Origin: Leptospira sp. | Lineage (GTDB): Bacteria > Spirochaetota > Leptospiria > Leptospirales > Leptospiraceae | DNA: 64,000 bases | Direction: 5' to 3' | NCBI GenBank assembly: GCA_034439575.1 | Contig: JAWXAQ010000030.1 | Span: 160,001-224,000, forward strand | Part shown: positions 9,491 to 18,915 of the stretch, piece by piece | Position numbering within the stretch: position 1 is the first letter of the stretch | How the letters are laid out: the number at the start of each line of letters is the position of its first letter | Notes under the pieces: model-generated | Database searches by the model: none | The model's input: only the letters and a program-made list of their open reading frames with translations | Told to the model about the DNA's origin: nothing | Program-made: the position numbers and the translations under genes

Positions 9491-11272
9491 TTAGAAACCA
9501 AATATTTCAGTATTTGTGATATAATCAGGAACTCCCACACCAGAGAGTCCACCTAAGACCATGATTTTACCATCTGGTAAAACTAATAGTTTATGCCCTT
9601 CCCTACCCTGTTTGGTGGCATTCAGAACGAATCCATCTATTTCTTGTTTGGTCCAATTTTTTTCCACATCTGATAATACGGATGAAGAAGAAGAAACATT
9701 CCCACCTTGAATGAGAAAATTTCCATCAGGTAAAACTGCACCCGCATGATCAATTCTGCCCTTTGCCATATAATTATGCAAAGAAACTTTATTCGTAACA
9801 ACATCTAACTTTTGTATGATGTCAGTAGATAGTGATCCAGATCTACCCCCGATCAGATAATGATTCCCAGAACTATCTTTGAGTGCCACCATCATATCTT
9901 GTGCTACAATCAAATCGGGGCCAGCCGAAAAACTATCATTTGACGGATCAAAGATTTCAGTTGTTAGACCAGAACCACCCACAATCCAAAAACGTCCATC
10001 TGGTAAGGCCAAACATTGGTGGTTCATCCGAGATGTAGACATACTGGTTATAGATTGAATGGTTCCACCACCTGATCCATTCAAAGTAACAATTTCGGAA
10101 GTGGCTACCGCAGAACCCGTATTTGTTGTGCGACCACCTGTAATTAAAATTCGATTTGTAGCAATGAGGCAAGATCCATGACCTATTCTCGCACTACTAA
10201 GTGTTGGTCCATTGCCCCAAGTTCCTGTTGTCGGATTATATATATTTGTGCTATTTGTGATTGAACCCGTCAAATTCGTCGTGAATCCACCTGATAATAA
10301 AATTCTATCATCTGTTGTTTTTGATAGATTTGCAAATCGTCTTGCAATCGTTAAATTATTGTCTGCTTGAAAAGATCCCGTTACGTGGTTCCACCTTTCG
10401 ACAAAAAGTAAAGCCGCCGCACTCCCGCTAATGACACCAAGTCCTCCGATGACGAGAGTATCTCCATTTTGCAATGTCGCAATTTGAAAGTCCCTTCGTC
10501 CTCTACTCAAACTAGGTCCATCTGTCCATCCTAATATCCGATAGCTGAGAGTATTTTCTAATGGATTACCAGCTAAATCTTTTATACCAGATATTTTTAA
10601 ACTGAGACTACCGCCCTGCCTTGGATGTGTCCCTTGCCAAAAAATGCGCACAGAGGTCTCACTCAGTTTAGCAATGTTTCTAATCGTTAAACTGCCACCC
10701 GCAGAATTTGAAATTGTATAATTAGTTAATTGATCTATGCCCGTGACACTTTCATTAAAATTTAAATCAAATTGATTTGTTAAAAACACAGATATATCAT
10801 AAATTCCTGAAGGGAAGTTAGCAGTTACATTTGGTGAAAGTGTATCAATCGTAAACGAAAATTCTAGATCATCGCGAATCATTCCTTCACGATCAACTAT
10901 ACCATTCAATTTTATCTTCAGGACTCCAGCGACTAAATCTTCCTCTGATAAGATTCTAATTTGATTTTCTGCAAGATATTGGATTTTAAATCCAGATTGG
11001 GTGGCTGTGTCGAGTGATGATAATTGAGTGTAAGTAATCACATCAGAAACGCTTAAACTCGGAATTTTATAACCTAAGGGGCAGTCAATTTGAATGGAAC
11101 TCCATTCCTTTAAATAGGAATCGGATGAAGGCAAAGCCTTACATGTGTTATTTGATGCATTTGAAATATGAATCCCGAGTTCACCTAACAATAGATCGGA
11201 ATTTTTATTATTCGAATTTGGGACTTTGCAATTACAGAATATAAAAATAATCAGAAATAAAACTCTATTCAT
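9491..11272 (-). CDS. Ig-like + kelch-repeat beta-propeller lipoprotein (paralog 3)
   Basis: Lipobox IFCNC; FNESV and IKDLAGN Ig-like motifs; kelch repeats (LQNGDTLVIGG, LPDGRFWIVGG, LPDGKIMVLGG). Confidence 0.88.
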   Translation of the reverse strand: MNRVLFLIIFIFCNCKVPNSNNKNSDLLLGELGIHISNASNNTCKALPSSDSYLKEWSSIQIDCPLGYKIPSLSVSDVITYTQLSSLDTATQSGFKIQYLAENQIRILSEEDLVAGVLKIKLNGIVDREGMIRDDLEFSFTIDTLSPNVTANFPSGIYDISVFLTNQFDLNFNESVTGIDQLTNYTISNSAGGSLTIRNIAKLSETSVRIFWQGTHPRQGGSLSLKISGIKDLAGNPLENTLSYRILGWTDGPSLSRGRRDFQIATLQNGDTLVIGGLGVISGSAAALLFVERWNHVTGSFQADNNLTIARRFANLSKTTDDRILLSGGFTTNLTGSITNSTNIYNPTTGTWGNGPTLSSARIGHGSCLIATNRILITGGRTTNTGSAVATSEIVTLNGSGGGTIQSITSMSTSRMNHQCLALPDGRFWIVGGSGLTTEIFDPSNDSFSAGPDLIVAQDMMVALKDSSGNHYLIGGRSGSLSTDIIQKLDVVTNKVSLHNYMAKGRIDHAGAVLPDGNFLIQGGNVSSSSSVLSDVEKNWTKQEIDGFVLNATKQGREGHKLLVLPDGKIMVLGGLSGVGVPDYITNTEIFGF

Positions 11273-13025
11273 ATGAATATTCTTCTATTTGAGAGATAAA
11301 ACTTGCACTACTTCCACCTATTAAGTATACCTTCCCATTGGGCAAGATAACACCCGTAACATCTATCCTTGGGAATAACAGGCGGTTTCCTAATGTGAAA
11401 CGATTTGCATTTGGATCGTAATAGTCTATTTTTGGAACATAAGATCCATCTGCTTCACCACCAAACAAAACAGTTTTTCCTTCAGAAAAAGTGATACTTC
11501 CAAACTTAGATCTCGGCAATGAAAAACTAGTTGCTGTTCCAAAACTACCTACAGTAGGAATATAAATTTCTGATGTGTTCCCACCTCCAAAAACAAAAAT
11601 TTTTCCATTCGACAATTCTCGAACAAAAAAAGATGATCTTCCAAAAATTAAATCGTAATTCGTAGAGATAGAAAAGGATTCCAAAGTCTCATCAAAAATT
11701 TCTGTTTTATAAATATATTCATCACTCAACAATTTTTTTAAGCCACCAAAAAGGTAAACTTTTCCATCAGATAACCTCTGTAACACAAAATCCCTTCTTT
11801 CGAAATTCATGTTATTCCCATTTGCTAAAGTGTTGGTTACAGGATTAAAAATTTCTGTCGTGGAGGTACTTAAAAAAGGAGATGAATTTTCGACTTCTAT
11901 ACCACCAGCAATCAATACCTTTCCATTCGATAATAATATGGCAGAATGATCCATTCTAGCTCTAGATAAAAATGGACCATTTGAAAACATTTCTGTCGAT
12001 GGGTCAAAAATTTCTGTGTTATTTATCGCATCTGTGGCACTTTGTGTAGTATTTTTATCTCCACCAGCAAAAAACACCTTTCCGTCTTGTAACAAAGTCG
12101 CAGTATGCCTTCGCCTAGCGGTAATTAAATTTCCAACGGAACGAGTCAATTTCGTTTCTGGATTATAAATCTCGGCTGTATTAGTAACGCCTGTTGCTGT
12201 TACACCTCCCGCAATTAATATTTCCCCAGTTCTTAAAATTACGACAGATGCTCCTGAACGCGCAGTGATAAGATTTCCGGATTGTTTAAATCCATAGACT
12301 TGGAATTGTAAAACGGAAGAATGTATCAAATTGCCAGCAGTATCTTTTATATTTGTGACACTAATCTTTAAGATTCCACCGCTACTAGAGGGCAAACCAG
12401 TATAAAACAAACGATAGTTATTTGACCGAATCCTAGTCACACTCGACAATCGTAGATTTCCAGTCGCAGTTCCAGAAATTGAATAATTATCCAATAACTC
12501 CGCACCATTCACACTTTCATTAAATAATAAATCCAAGTATCCAGAATTAAAAAAACTAGTGTCTAAAATATTTCCATAAACACTCGTTAGAGTCGGTGCC
12601 GAAGGATCAAAAACAACATCAATGGATTCAGGATATATCGACTTTCCGACTAAGGTTGCTAATTTGGTAAAATCAATCTTATAGGTGGCCGCAATAGCAG
12701 TATCTCGAAACGAAATGGAAATTTTAAAATTATCCATCTGCTCCCAATTTACTTCATCTTCTACACTATTTTGATTTTTAGAAACAGAAACATGATTCTG
12801 AAATTGGTTTGTGATGATAGGTTCAGAAAAAGTAAAACTAATGTTACGAGATGAAACTGGCCGACTTACATCCAAATCGGCATTCACCTTGATTTGCGGT
12901 CTAAGTAAAAAATTGCCAATCTCACCGACAAATAATTTGTCCAAATTCTCATTTTTTGAACCGCCGAGAATATTGCAGGCATTAATGAATAAAAATGAAA
13001 TGAATATCCTAAAAAAATTATTCAC
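11265..13025 (-). CDS. Ig-like + kelch-repeat beta-propeller lipoprotein (paralog 2)
   Basis: Lipobox FINAC; FNESV and IKDTAGN; kelch repeats (RRRHTATLLQDGKVFFAGG, RMDHSAILLSNGKVLIAGG). GTG start. Confidence 0.9.
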   Translation of the reverse strand: MNNFFRIFISFLFINACNILGGSKNENLDKLFVGEIGNFLLRPQIKVNADLDVSRPVSSRNISFTFSEPIITNQFQNHVSVSKNQNSVEDEVNWEQMDNFKISISFRDTAIAATYKIDFTKLATLVGKSIYPESIDVVFDPSAPTLTSVYGNILDTSFFNSGYLDLLFNESVNGAELLDNYSISGTATGNLRLSSVTRIRSNNYRLFYTGLPSSSGGILKISVTNIKDTAGNLIHSSVLQFQVYGFKQSGNLITARSGASVVILRTGEILIAGGVTATGVTNTAEIYNPETKLTRSVGNLITARRRHTATLLQDGKVFFAGGDKNTTQSATDAINNTEIFDPSTEMFSNGPFLSRARMDHSAILLSNGKVLIAGGIEVENSSPFLSTSTTEIFNPVTNTLANGNNMNFERRDFVLQRLSDGKVYLFGGLKKLLSDEYIYKTEIFDETLESFSISTNYDLIFGRSSFFVRELSNGKIFVFGGGNTSEIYIPTVGSFGTATSFSLPRSKFGSITFSEGKTVLFGGEADGSYVPKIDYYDPNANRFTLGNRLLFPRIDVTGVILPNGKVYLIGGSSASFISQIEEYSYE

Positions 13026-14811
13026 TTATTTTTATCCTTTGGACTGGATTTTCCCCAGTGATCACTAAAATATCTGTTTTGCTAATTTGGTGAATGCTTG
13101 TACAGGTGCTTCTGTAGTTAAGTGCTCCGACCGTATAAATCCTGTTATTCATTAAATTTAGTGATTCCAGTGAATAAGAATTTCCTCCATCTGTATTCCC
13201 ACCAATAGCTAAAATATGTTTATCATTCCAAAAAGAAAAACCAGCCAGATACCTTTGTTCCGAAAAATTACCAACTAAGGAAACACTTCCATCCTTTGCT
13301 ATCTTTTCAATTGCTGTAATCTTATCTAAATTTCCTCCGCCTAATATATAATATTCATTCTCTCCATATTTTAAAACCGTATGGAGTCGACGTGTATTTA
13401 GAAGGGTCGAAGATTCATTAGTGCCAACAGCAATTGTTGGATCGTACCATTCAAAGGTATTGGCATGAAAACTTTGACTCAAAATTCCCCCTGTGACAAG
13501 GATCTTTCCATTAACACCTGCTACTACGTCAAGTCCATCACGTCCACTTGCTAAATTGCGGACATTTTCAAAGGTATTGGAGGCAAGTAAATACCGATCT
13601 ACACGACTTAAATAAGCGAGGCTATTTCCGGCGGCAGGAGTCCCACGACCACCAAGTATATATAAATTGCCATCCACACCAAATGCAGATTTATGACCGT
13701 ATCTAACTTGGGCAGGTAAAGTGCCCGTGACGGGGGACTGAATTTCTTCTGGGTCTAAAATTTCAAAGTCACTTAAAAAATTTGTTAGGTTACTTGAAGG
13801 TCCTTTCAGTCCAGCGACAACGATTACCTTTCCATTAGACAAGAGGTTCGCTGTAAAATCCGATCTGGATTGGTTAAGAGAAAAGGCATAATTCGAAAAT
13901 TGATTTGTACTCGGATTAAAAACTTCAATACTGGAGATAGTGACCGCTGGATTTGAATTTGGTTCTATGCCACCTATAATCATAATATTACCATTATTCA
14001 ATGTGACAAGCCTCGGATAACAACGATTTGTATTCAAATTACCAAGAGATTTAATCATTGGTTGGTAATAGTCGTAAGTTTTTTTGCTTAAAGTCTCTCC
14101 TGCTTTGTCAGTAATATTTGTTAGTGTGAGAGATATTTTTGTATAAGATAGATATGGTTTGCCTGACAATACGAGTCTGTACTCATTCGCACTCAATGAC
14201 AAAACATTAATGATTGCCACCTCATTTGCCATGGGTTCAGAAAAAGAATAATTCTCCTTAATACTTGCTCCATTTACTGGTTCTGAAAATTTGATATCAA
14301 GAAATCCATCATCGAGAAAGGAAGGAAAGTCCCCGTCATTAAAATTCAAAGTGGCCGTTGGAGATTTTCTACTTATCACATAACGTAATCTAAACGACTT
14401 GTTTTCTTCCCCGAATTTCCCCATATATTTATGATCTGAAATAAGCAGAAAAAATTCACCTTCTTCTGGTTCCCCTTTAAAAACAAGAGTGATATCTTTT
14501 TTACTTTGTTCATTGAATTCAATAATTTCTAAACTTCCTTTTGCCTCACCTTCGATTGTGAAATCGTTCCGAGTCATAATTGAAACGATGGGATAGGGAA
14601 ATTTAATTTTTAATTCCGTAAAATTTGTGAGGACCGATTCAACTTCTGGCGTCGATGAAATTGACGGTTCTATATTTAAGTTTACAATTTCTGAGGCAAG
14701 TGCATTTAGCAGTTTATTGTTTTGATTTGAGTCATTCATCGAACAACATAAATTCAAAAATAGGAATGTACCAATGTATATCTTAAAAACGGTACTCATA
14801 AACAAATTCAT
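13018..14811 (-). CDS. Ig-like + kelch-repeat beta-propeller lipoprotein (paralog 1)
   Basis: Lipobox LNLCC; FSEPV and ITDKAG; kelch repeats (LNNGNIMIIGG, LLSNGKVIVVAG, VDGNLYILGG). Confidence 0.88.
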   Translation of the reverse strand: MNLFMSTVFKIYIGTFLFLNLCCSMNDSNQNNKLLNALASEIVNLNIEPSISSTPEVESVLTNFTELKIKFPYPIVSIMTRNDFTIEGEAKGSLEIIEFNEQSKKDITLVFKGEPEEGEFFLLISDHKYMGKFGEENKSFRLRYVISRKSPTATLNFNDGDFPSFLDDGFLDIKFSEPVNGASIKENYSFSEPMANEVAIINVLSLSANEYRLVLSGKPYLSYTKISLTLTNITDKAGETLSKKTYDYYQPMIKSLGNLNTNRCYPRLVTLNNGNIMIIGGIEPNSNPAVTISSIEVFNPSTNQFSNYAFSLNQSRSDFTANLLSNGKVIVVAGLKGPSSNLTNFLSDFEILDPEEIQSPVTGTLPAQVRYGHKSAFGVDGNLYILGGRGTPAAGNSLAYLSRVDRYLLASNTFENVRNLASGRDGLDVVAGVNGKILVTGGILSQSFHANTFEWYDPTIAVGTNESSTLLNTRRLHTVLKYGENEYYILGGGNLDKITAIEKIAKDGSVSLVGNFSEQRYLAGFSFWNDKHILAIGGNTDGGNSYSLESLNLMNNRIYTVGALNYRSTCTSIHQISKTDILVITGENPVQRIKISE

Positions 14812-16159
14812 ACCGATTGGCTTGGTGATTGGTTAATGTCGAATAAGGAGAACTATCTCTTCGCATGGTAAAGTTAAATTTCTGATTTGATTCTATAGCT
14901 TTGTATGGAAAGAGAGCCAAATCTGCGAGATTCCATAAATAAAATAAACCTAACAAGAGTGATGTTTGTTCAAATCGAGTTCTAGTTTCTTCTAAGGCAT
15001 TTTGTTTCGGTTCAAGTAAATAACTATTGATGATAAATGATTCGCCGAAACGCGTACTAGGTGGTATTCCCACAAAAGAAGAATATTCATCTTTGGCATT
15101 TCTATACTGCACATAAGATTCTACGGTCGCTAGTAATAAAATCCCCGCAATTCCCATATACACTTTACCTTTGTTAGAATCGCCTTGATAGTATTGGCCC
15201 CAACCAGGATATAGAATAGAGCGAATCCACACAGCTTCACGGTTTTGAACAACAATCGGAACATCCGCCAAACTTACGTCAGGGTTAGTTGGGAATGATA
15301 AAACCAAATCACCAGATTTTTCACCAAAGTATTTTGTATAAGGTTTTTGTTGTTTATTTTTTCTCACTGACCAGTCTTTCACGGCAGCAGTAATGTAATT
15401 TTCTACTTCACTGAATGTTACTTGTTTATCGCGATTCACATCAGCTCTACCTTCGAGTGCATAAATTAAAAATTTTGTAAATACACCATAAGAACTTTCA
15501 TCATCTTCATAACTAAAAAAACCAGCTTTTGTAGAATATAAAATTCCGAATATTTCTCCGTCTAAATTATCTTTGACACGAAGCGTATTTGTATTTGCAT
15601 TTTTAGAAGTGAACATAGCGTCTCGACACGCATCTAAAAATAAAATTGAGTTTTTTATACCTCTAAGACTAATTTTTTCAACTACGCTTTCTACCGACAA
15701 AGACGAGTTAAATGGTTTTGAAAGTACAGAATCTTGAGTGAGTAAATATCCTTTTTCTTCGTAATCTGATACTCCGTGACCAGAAAAGAAAAATACGAAA
15801 AGATCTTCTGGATTAGCATTTGATAATAGTGAATCCAATTTTTCTTCTATATTCAGTTTGGTGGGAAATAAAGAATCAGGATCATCCTTTGGATTCATTT
15901 CATCTGTCATAATCACGACAGAATCAAATTCACCGTTTTGTACTAAAATTTTTGCGATTCCTTTGGCATCATTTCTTGCTTTTTTTAAATCATTCAAACC
16001 CACATCTTTGTATTCGTTGATTCCGATGATAAGGGCTATCCGTTTTCCCGATTGTTTTTCCCCAGCTGAGATTCCTTTGTTTTGTGGTTCGGAATAAAGA
16101 CTACAAATATTGCCTAATAATAGTACAAAAATGGAGAGGTGAATCAATAATACAAACAC
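14783..16159 (-). CDS. Exported caspase-family (peptidase C14, ortho/metacaspase-like) protease with a C-terminal membrane module
   Basis: KRIALIIGINEY...NDA; catalytic dyad FFFSGHG (H128) and FLDACR (C178); YGVFTKFL; C-terminal RSILYPGWGQYYQG + TM helices; GTG start with signal peptide. Confidence 0.93.
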   Translation of the reverse strand: MFVLLIHLSIFVLLLGNICSLYSEPQNKGISAGEKQSGKRIALIIGINEYKDVGLNDLKKARNDAKGIAKILVQNGEFDSVVIMTDEMNPKDDPDSLFPTKLNIEEKLDSLLSNANPEDLFVFFFSGHGVSDYEEKGYLLTQDSVLSKPFNSSLSVESVVEKISLRGIKNSILFLDACRDAMFTSKNANTNTLRVKDNLDGEIFGILYSTKAGFFSYEDDESSYGVFTKFLIYALEGRADVNRDKQVTFSEVENYITAAVKDWSVRKNKQQKPYTKYFGEKSGDLVLSFPTNPDVSLADVPIVVQNREAVWIRSILYPGWGQYYQGDSNKGKVYMGIAGILLLATVESYVQYRNAKDEYSSFVGIPPSTRFGESFIINSYLLEPKQNALEETRTRFEQTSLLLGLFYLWNLADLALFPYKAIESNQKFNFTMRRDSSPYSTLTNHQANRYEFVYEYRF

Positions 16160-16211
16160 GGTAGGGCCTTAATCTCAAGTTTCCAGTGCTAGCTTTTTTT
16201 TCCACAAAATC

Positions 16212-16239
16212 TTGCAAAAACTACATACTAGTTTATAAA
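16212..16239 (+). promoter_or_regulatory. Putative sigma70 promoter giving a near-leaderless transcript
   Basis: TTGCAA-16 nt-TATAAA ending 8 nt before ATG 16248; no Shine-Dalgarno. Confidence 0.45.
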
Positions 16240-16247
16240 AGTAGATT

Positions 16248-16445
16248 ATGAACCGTATACTCAAAATCTCATTTCTTATCTTCTTACTTGTTTCGGGCGC
16301 TCTCCTTTGCAAAAAGGATGATAAAGATAAAGACAAAAATAGTTTAATACTATTCGGTATTCTATTGAGCCGGGCTTCTTCATCTGCTGCATGTAACCCT
16401 CAATCTGGTTTTACAATTTGTATACCACAAGGAATCGCGGAATAG
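16248..16445 (+). CDS. Small lipoprotein (65 aa) with a C-terminal Cys pair
   Basis: Signal + C-KKDDKDKDK + second hydrophobic stretch, a typical leptospiral lipoprotein N-terminus; C-x8-C near the end. Confidence 0.7.
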   Translation: MNRILKISFLIFLLVSGALLCKKDDKDKDKNSLILFGILLSRASSSAACNPQSGFTICIPQGIAE

Positions 16446-16447
16446 AT

Positions 16448-17662
16448 ATGAAATATTTGATTTATCTTTTATTATTTTTGGGTGTGAATCTTCGTTTTTC
16501 GGATCGTATCTCACAAAATCATTCAGATACATTCGCAATTTATGATATTACAAAGGTATTAAGTATCAATATGGGTGCAGAACCTGTATTCGCGGATGCA
16601 AATTCATGGGGTTTTGTGCGTCAATCTGCCACTTGGGCCAGAGGAAATTCCAATCTGATTGACTTACTTATAGCTGGATTAAAAAAAGCAGGCTATTTTA
16701 CAAATACAAGTCCCGTCTCCCAGACCCTGGCAAACATCAACCTGGATGGACTAGGCAGTACCACTATACGACTTAAATTAAACCAACAAGCGACACCTAT
16801 CACTGGTATAACGGCTTCGGCATATTCTGGTTCAAAGTCTTTCAATCATTTTTTGGAAATCACAAAAACGGGAAATTCAACACCAAGTTTACAACTTTTT
16901 TTTGACGATCCAAATACACTTTTAGGAAATGACGGGGGACTCATCTACTATCGTATAGGCGACTGGAATAACGCTCAATTTGCAAATGTGGGAAGTGTGA
17001 TCACAGAAAGTTATACAGCAAACGAATCTAGTTATGGAACCAAATTCCAATCATATACGTGGAAAAATGGTCCTGAAAATTCCTCTTGGCCAAGTGATAT
17101 CGGTCGTGTAATTTTAACAGAAGTGGATTCGGGAAAACAACTTTGTTTTCGCTCAGTAGTCCGATTGAAATTTAGTAAACTAATAGCGATTAGCCCTAGC
17201 CAAACGACAAACTTAAACAATTTAAAAACAGTTTGTGGTGGCAACGATCAAATCTATTACGGACTGGCATATATGCAAAAATTTGATAGTCCCTTTTATA
17301 CGACGGCCAAAGCAAGTATTTCTCCGCTAACAGCAAATAATGGAGCTTTCCCAGAAACCATTTGCAATTTGTCTTCGTCAATTAGTGGGGCAAAACTTTC
17401 CTATGGTATTTTTGATGTGAATGGCTTTGTGAAAGATAATTTATCGGCAAGCGAAGTACCAAGCACTTACCCGAGCCCAACAGTTGGCGGAACAGACTAT
17501 ATGTCCGTTGATGAAGCTTTCACAAGAACAGGAATAGATAACACAACAGTTCTCGGATCTGGGAAACCTGCAGCAAAGGTCTATGAGTATTCTAGCAAAA
17601 CGTATTTAGATAGTTTAACAGGGACAGAAGGTGACAAATTAAGTTTTAAAACTGTAAACTAG
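16448..17662 (+). CDS. Exported hypothetical protein, Ser/Thr/Asn-rich and predicted beta-rich
   Basis: Long ORF; ATG 2 nt after the small lipoprotein stop gives MKYLIYLLLFLG signal-like start; no family recognised. Confidence 0.75.
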   Translation: MKYLIYLLLFLGVNLRFSDRISQNHSDTFAIYDITKVLSINMGAEPVFADANSWGFVRQSATWARGNSNLIDLLIAGLKKAGYFTNTSPVSQTLANINLDGLGSTTIRLKLNQQATPITGITASAYSGSKSFNHFLEITKTGNSTPSLQLFFDDPNTLLGNDGGLIYYRIGDWNNAQFANVGSVITESYTANESSYGTKFQSYTWKNGPENSSWPSDIGRVILTEVDSGKQLCFRSVVRLKFSKLIAISPSQTTNLNNLKTVCGGNDQIYYGLAYMQKFDSPFYTTAKASISPLTANNGAFPETICNLSSSISGAKLSYGIFDVNGFVKDNLSASEVPSTYPSPTVGGTDYMSVDEAFTRTGIDNTTVLGSGKPAAKVYEYSSKTYLDSLTGTEGDKLSFKTVN

Positions 17663-18801
17663 TTTTGACGATAAATAGCATTGGAGATGATCACGCCAGA
17701 TAGAGTGATGATCTCCAATCTAATGTATGGATCATTTTCTGACATTTGAAACACAGCTTCATTCGTACTGGAATCTATTTGACGAAACTCTCCCCCTTTA
17801 CCGATCCATCTAATCTCCATATAACGCTCATTTGATGTCAACTGGATTTGATTTTGTTTGTTTAATTTGATATTTGGTAATAATGGATCTTCAGCTTCTC
17901 TGAAATGTTTTCTGACACAATAGAATGCACCGTCAAATAATGCTTTTTGGTAATCGCTTCCATTTATTTTTTCAGAGGCAGTCGTTACATAACGTTTCAG
18001 GCTCTCACCTTTTCGTCCTCTTTGAAAAAGAACTTTTTGCAATAGATCCTTCCAAATTGGTTGCTCAAATTTTTGTATCGTTTCTTCCGCAAAATAATGT
18101 AAGTCATCTGTCGACATACAATGGACATTTCTGCCCGAAGTCAAAAGAGTATCCAATATCTTTGTATCATCGCCAAAAGGAGAAAATACTTCTATGGCAT
18201 TGTAGTTTTGGATATTGATTAGGTCTTCCTTTGTAAAAGAATCATTTAGTTTTGGGTGAGAAACGACAACATAACTTCCGTTCTTCTGCATTTGTTTAAA
18301 TGTCCAATTCACATTTTCTCTTCTTGCATAGATTGGAAAATAGTCAGAAACTATTTTTTTACCACCGATACCGAGTGCATGTCTCTTTCTTAAATTCCGT
18401 CCCCATTCATAACCTGAAATAAATCCATTCTCTTCGTCGCCAAACTTATCGTAATCTGTAATTCCTAACAAAGAATATCCATTTTTTTGATAAACATCCT
18501 TTATCTCTGCTTTGGTATGCCTTTCTGGTGTGTACCAAACCGAGTCAGAATGAAGATGAAGGGCTGATTTTTTTGTATGAGAGATAAAGTCAGAATTTTG
18601 GTAGGGATTAATAATCACAGAACCAGAAAAAGGAACAGCGTCACTCTTCTGTTCTCTTAAAAAGGAAACAGTCAATAGCTGAAATATTAAAAAAAGGAAA
18701 AATAATGATAAACATATGATCGTTGTGAGTATCAGCTTAGGATTTTTTCTTTCCCCAGTGACTCTATTCACAGTCGATATCTCAGGTATCGATAATAGCA
18801 T
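17659..18801 (-). CDS. Membrane-anchored PHP-domain phosphoesterase
   Basis: LHLHS, ITDY, SHP and TDDLH metal-binding motifs; one N-terminal TM. Confidence 0.82.
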   Translation of the reverse strand: MLLSIPEISTVNRVTGERKNPKLILTTIICLSLFFLFLIFQLLTVSFLREQKSDAVPFSGSVIINPYQNSDFISHTKKSALHLHSDSVWYTPERHTKAEIKDVYQKNGYSLLGITDYDKFGDEENGFISGYEWGRNLRKRHALGIGGKKIVSDYFPIYARRENVNWTFKQMQKNGSYVVVSHPKLNDSFTKEDLINIQNYNAIEVFSPFGDDTKILDTLLTSGRNVHCMSTDDLHYFAEETIQKFEQPIWKDLLQKVLFQRGRKGESLKRYVTTASEKINGSDYQKALFDGAFYCVRKHFREAEDPLLPNIKLNKQNQIQLTSNERYMEIRWIGKGGEFRQIDSSTNEAVFQMSENDPYIRLEIITLSGVIISNAIYRQN

Positions 18802-18824
18802 GGAAATAGTCTGACAGATTCATT

Positions 18825-18851
18825 TTCCATTTGTATTCCATTTGTGTTACA
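18825..18851. promoter_or_regulatory. 11-bp periodic direct repeats, possible OmpR/PhoB-family binding site
   Basis: TTCCATTTGTA TTCCATTTGTG TTACA between divergent genes. Confidence 0.45.
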
Positions 18852-18915
18852 AATTTGAAATAATTAAAATTCTCTTTCGCCTTTCCAGTAGAGCTTAGAA
18901 AAATATCTCTGGTTT

